Assembly: GCA_963762255.1 (NCBI GenBank)
Contig: CAVXKA010000002.1
Span: 192,001 to 256,000, forward strand
Direction of reading: 5' to 3'
Source of the DNA: Candidatus Eiseniibacteriota bacterium
GTDB lineage: Bacteria > Eisenbacteria > RBG-16-71-46 > JABDJR01
DNA length: 64,000 bases
The position numbers were made by a program, and so were the translations under genes. Shown here one piece after another: positions 59,968 through 64,000 of the stretch; position 1 is the first letter of the stretch; every line of letters starts with the position of its first letter. A model generated the notes under the pieces. It did no database searches, had not been told where the DNA came from, and worked only from the letters and a program-made list of their open reading frames with translations.

Positions 59968-60044
59968 TGGTGGGCGATAGTGGAGTTGAACCACTGACCT
60001 CTTGCATGTCAAGCAAGCACTCTAACCAACTGAGCTAATCGCCC
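59968..60044 (-). tRNA. tRNA-Val(GAC)
   Basis: GGGCGATTAGCTCAG...CTTGC-TT-GAC-AT-GCAAG...GGTTCAACTCC...CGCCCACCA, 77 nt. Confidence 0.97.
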
Positions 60045-60128
60045 CCACGAATCACAAACGCGGACGTATCGGACGGGGGGGAGCTTGTCGCGCGCGGCAT
60101 CCGCAGCACCGGAGCGGCGCGCAGGCAC

Positions 60129-60374
60129 TCACCACTCCTCCTCGTTCTCCTCCTCCTCCTCCTCGAAGTCCTCGTCCCAGTCCTCCTCGTCGTCGTCGTC
60201 CTCGTCTTCCTCGTCGTCGTCGAGGTCCTCCTCGTCCTCCTCGACCGCGTAGACTTCGTCGCTGCCGCACTCCGGACAATAACGCACGGCCGCTTCGGGG
60301 CCGGTCCCTTTGGGCTCTTCCTCGAAGGTCGCCCCGTCCTCGTCCGTGTACCCGCAGTTGTCACACTGCCACAT
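60129..60374 (-). CDS. Small Zn-ribbon/rubredoxin-like protein with highly acidic tail
   Basis: WQCDNCG...YCPECGS followed by about 35 D/E-dominated residues; SD AGGAGG. Confidence 0.75.
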   Translation of the reverse strand: MWQCDNCGYTDEDGATFEEEPKGTGPEAAVRYCPECGSDEVYAVEEDEEDLDDDEEDEDDDDEEDWDEDFEEEEEENEEEW

Positions 60375-60597
60375 GCTGGATCCCTCCTGCTATCCGCGCC
60401 AAAGCCTGTTCCCCGTAAGGGGCATGAGGGTAAACGCACCCCCCAGCCCGATTCCAGCGTTTTCTACCCCGCCGTCAACCCGGAGATGCGGGTTCTCCCC
60501 ACCGCCCATGAACCTGTTGTCGGACAAGAGACTAGGCAGGATCGCCGGGCCCGCTCACCGGCCGGCCGCGGACGCACCGCCGAGACGTCGCTTCAGG

Positions 60598-61038
60598 TCA
60601 GCGCGCAGCCAGGTACAGGGCCTTGATCGCGCCGAACGTGGTCTGCAGCGCAGGGACGGGAGCATCCACGAGGTAGTTCCAATTGAAACCGGTGAAGCCG
60701 TAATCCTGGCCGAACTCGTTGCGTGTGAAGAGCTGGTACTCGACGAAGATCCCTGGCATCTGCGGGGGGAGTTCGGCTCTCCAGTTCGCTGGGACGGGGC
60801 CGGAGGCGTCGAAGGTGCCGAGAACCTTCACGTAGGTCGAGCCGATCCTGTACTCCACGCCCGCGGTCTCCCCGAAGGCGGTATCGCTCTCGATCCAGAG
60901 GATGACCGTATCCACGTCGGTGGGGCTCGCCGGATCCTGCACGATGAGGTTGCGGTAGGTGGCGGCGGCGGCCGGGGCGACGGACAGGGCGGTAAGCATG
61001 AGGCAGGCAGCTAGCAGGAGGAGTAGCAAGCGCTTCAT
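60598..61038 (-). CDS. Small secreted Ig-like protein with C-terminal 'TTFGAIKALY' tail
   Basis: SD AAGGAG; signal peptide MKRLLLLLLAAC...AAAA; W.AELP.Q...VEY fold; C-terminal PVPALQTTFGAIKALY. Confidence 0.75.
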   Translation of the reverse strand: MKRLLLLLLAACLMLTALSVAPAAAATYRNLIVQDPASPTDVDTVILWIESDTAFGETAGVEYRIGSTYVKVLGTFDASGPVPANWRAELPPQMPGIFVEYQLFTRNEFGQDYGFTGFNWNYLVDAPVPALQTTFGAIKALYLAAR

Positions 61039-61131
61039 GGGGGGATCTCCTTGTTGCATAAGCCGAGACGAGGATCGTGAGCACGAGGCGTTTGGCTCCC
61101 CTAATGGTACCACGTCGCGGGGAGCCATGGA

Positions 61132-61689
61132 TCATTCCTCGGTCCCCCCGAATAGGCCTCCCTGCTCGGGTTGCGGCTTCCCGCCTTCACGGGAGAGCCG
61201 GGCGATCTCGGGCCAGCTCTGGACAAGGCCGTTGTACGCAAGCGCCTCGGCCGCGCGCTTCTTGCGCTCGCAGAGCGTGTAGAGGCGGTAGGCCAGCTCA
61301 CGAGCGACTTCGGCCCTCGCGCCAAGCTTGGCGACCAGATCTGAAGCCGCACCTTCTCCCCCGCTTGCGAGCACGCGGATCAGGTGGTGGACGACCTCCC
61401 ACGCAGTGAGGCGCGAATCGCTCGCGGGGTCCCACTTGGCGGGGAGTTCGTCCAGCTTCAAGAGCCGCACCTTGCCGCGCTTCGATTCGAGGATGCCTGC
61501 TTCGACCATGCCGGCGACGCTCATGTTCTTGGACTTAAAGAGTTGCTCGGCCACGCCGTACTCCCCCTCCGTGAAGCCCGATTGCTCGAACCAGGTCAGC
61601 GCCCAACGGGTGTCGGCGTCGAAGTCGCCCTCCTGCGCGGCGAGGGCCTCATCGAGAGTCTGGTTGATGAGGGCGAGCGCCTCACGCAG
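61132..61689 (-). pseudogene. C-terminal fragment of a DUF1156-type adenine DNA methyltransferase
   Basis: REALALINQTLDE...EGDFDADTRWALTWFEQ...AYRLYTLCERK...YNGLVQSWPEI; 5' part replaced by IS DNA. Confidence 0.72.
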
Positions 61690-61857
61690 CACTACTTCTT
61701 GGATCTTCGGGATGCGCAGAGAACGCTCAGGACGTGGAGGGAGGAGTACAATACCGACCGGCCCCATGGCAGCTTAGGCAAGGTATCTCCGGTCCAATTT
61801 CGGACGGAGTGGACGAAAACCCAAGGGCCGAACGAGCTGGCAAATTCGCGTCCCTAA
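61687..61857 (+). mobile_element. IS3-family transposase C-terminal (integrase core) remnant
   Basis: QHYFLDLRDAQRTLRTWREEYNTDRPHGSLGKVSP. Confidence 0.75.
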
Positions 61858-62029
61858 GGGCCCAAGGTTGGGGAGAAGCGCCCTCCCCGCAAGGGCGCTC
61901 TTCGAAGCACTCGGCCAGAAACTCGCCCAAGTCGCCTGATCCTTTTGACGCATTGGGGCTAGCTGCACAAGCGCTCCCAGCGGGTCATCCCGTGACCAGC
62001 CTTCGTCTCGTTCCAAGACCACGACCAGC

Positions 62030-62190
62030 ACGATGGGGCCACCTGACACGATCCCTGGGATGATCGTGCTGAGAGGCCCGGTCAAGAGCCAGAACCAGAG
62101 GAACTTCGCGCTAGGCGGTGACATGGGGAGATCAACGAATGGGCTCTCAGTCCACATTCGGGTGGGGACCTTGCGGTATCCGCTCATCAC
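62030..62190 (-). pseudogene. Phage replication-initiator N-terminal fragment
   Basis: YRKVPTRMW...PPSAKFLWFWLLTGPLSTIIPGI, recalled from phage replisome organiser N-termini. Confidence 0.5.
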
Positions 62191-62566
62191 CGCCCCCTTC
62201 CTGCTACGGTCGGGCCCCGTCTTGCCGCACCAGCACGGCGACGACGAATGCTAACGACCTCCATATGCTCGGGGTGACCGCCCAGCATGGCCACGGACCT
62301 CGAACACCGTCGGGTAGGGACCTTTGTCTCCTGGTACTTCGGGTGGGGGCAAGCGGGGTAGGTTCCCGGCCGCATCCTGGGATCGCGCTTCAAAACGCGT
62401 GCGCGCTTCATCTCCACTCCTGTGTGTCTCACGACTTCATGAAGGCATGGCGCGGGTCACATACCTCGGTTAGAGTCGACAACGCAGTCTCGACGGGCTC
62501 CGGCATTCAGAGTCCCATCGTCGGGGCAAGCACGGCCCGACTGGGGCGCGGAGAATTCGCGGGCTG

Positions 62567-63500
62567 ATGCTCGACGAAGGGCTCTATGCGGAGACCCTTC
62601 GCAAGGTGCTGCGCGCTGGCCCATCGACCGCCCCCGCCCCTACGAACGGAACCCGCGGACCCATAGCCCCGAGCAGATCACCAAGATCGCGGCGAGCCTC
62701 CTCGAGTTCGGCTGGACGAACCCGATCCTCGTGGACGCCGACTCCGGGATCATCGCCGGCCACGGACGGCTGCTCGCCGCCCGGGAGCTTGGGATGACGA
62801 TCGTCCCGGTGATGGAGCTCCCCTATTTAACGGAAGCCCAGAAGCGCGCCTAGTCATCGCCGACAACCGTCTGACCCTGGACGCAGGCTGGGATGAAGAC
62901 CTCCTAGCCGAGGAGATGAAAGCGCTCAATGACCTTGACTTCGACCTCGCGCTGACCGGGTTCGATCTCGACGAGCTATACGATCTCCTCGAGGACGAGA
63001 TCGCCGAGGAGCCCGTCACCCGGCCAGGAGCCCCCTGGATCCTCGGCGACCACCGCCTTCTCTGCGGGGGACTCCTCCGATCTCGCGGCCGTGGATCGAC
63101 TCCTCGCCGGCGCCCCGGTCCACCTCGTCAACACCGATCCGCCCTACAACGTGAAGGTGGAACCGCGCTCCAACAACGCGATTGCCGCGGGACTCTCGAG
63201 CTTCCCCGCGGCGAAGAGCGTCGTGGAAGCCTCCGACGCCCGGGGCATGCACCACCAGGGATTCGACCTCGCTCGCCACAGGACGAAGTCGAAGCCCACC
63301 GGAAGGATGCGGGCGAAGGACCGCCCCCTGCTGAACGACTTCGTCTCCGACGAGGCGTTTGAGGAAATGCTGCGGGCGTGGTTCGGGAACATTGCGCGCG
63401 TTCTTCTGCCGGGTCGCGCCACTTACATCCGGGGCGGACACGCGAACTGCGCGAACTACCCACCCGTGCTTGAGGCGGTGGGCCTCTACTTCTCGCAACT
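62567..63500 (+). pseudogene. Phage-type ParB-like domain + DNA methyltransferase, frameshifted and truncated
   Basis: PYERNPRTH...FGWTNPILVD...IAGHGRL...IADNRL; WILGDHRLLCG(D); TDPPYNV; frameshifts near 62612, 62852 and 63068. Confidence 0.8.
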
Positions 63501-63753
63501 GGTGTTTCTCATCACCTCTCCCAAGGCCCTGCCCATGTACGCCACCTCGTTCTGGTCGATGGCGTGCGTGTGACTGGCCCGCACGGAACGTTCGCGTGAA
63601 GTTGCGCTTGGAGCGGCGCTGAACCTGCTCTTGGGCATCTGGTGATACTTCGACGCGGGGGCCTCCAGGGGATGTTCGGGACTTGGATTCAGGCCCTGGC
63701 GATCGCCTGGACCGCGGCCGTTCCGGTGGCGCTGGCCTGGCTCGTCCTTCGCG

Positions 63754-64000
63754 TCATTCGACGCGAGGAGGAGACCCGGCTCCGGCATCCAAGACCACCC
63801 CTGGCGGCGTGACGGCGCCGGGCGGCTCTTCCACGAGGCCGGCGGTGCTCCGGTGGAGGGGCCCCGCCTCGAACATCATCCGCCGGGCCTGGACGAGAAG
63901 GGTCCAGTTGTTGGCGACGACGAGCACCACCAGAAGCCAACCCGCAATCACCGTGGGCCGCTTCGCCGCCCACGCTCCCCCGGCGGCCACGAGCACCAGG
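63754..64000 (-). CDS. 3' end of a membrane protein extending beyond the window
   Basis: Open frame from the window edge with hydrophobic helices. Confidence 0.4.
   Translation of the reverse strand, partial: LVLVAAGGAWAAKRPTVIAGWLLVVLVVANNWTLLVQARRMMFEAGPLHRSTAGLVEEPPGAVTPPGVVLDAGAGSPPRVE

Noticed and set aside
59968-60044. tRNA-Val as the attachment site of the 61-63.7 kb remnants
   Set aside because: The remnants lie on the 5' side of the tRNA and no duplicated tRNA 3' end was seen

Overview
High-GC bacterial chromosome segment, mostly housekeeping genes. Secreted proteins carry a YPNP...K-type C-terminal domain and a 'TTFGAIKALY' tail, which suggests an FCB-superphylum lineage such as Eisenbacteria, Krumholzibacteriota or Latescibacterota (inference). 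The window appears to span the replication terminus: a 28-bp dif site lies at 23649-23676, almost all genes to its left are on + and the core genes to its right are on -, and xerC and xerD both lie within about 16 kb of it. Left arm: slt, PQQ-propeller protein, secA, xerC, argF, dapA, rpsT, hybrid kinase, uvrC, xerD, an SNF2 (YqhH/YqhG-like) pair, an M3-like pseudopeptidase and a TPR protein. Right arm: leuS, holA, lptE, an NtrC-type two-component system, nucleotide-sugar genes, a putative prenyl-alcohol salvage operon (phytol kinase-like, SDR, DUF92), a GGDEF protein, an M28 peptidase, tRNA-Arg, trpGDC, recN-nadK-ispA-xseAB-folD-ymdB, 6S RNA, zapA/zapB-like, pheST-rplT-rpmI-infC-thrS with an expanded L20-leader-like RNA, and tRNA-Val. 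A decayed mobile-DNA patchwork lies at about 61.1-63.7 kb. Five single-base frameshifts at 24-38 kb (two in essential leuS) are most likely sequencing errors. All calls come from motif recognition by eye; no database searches were run.
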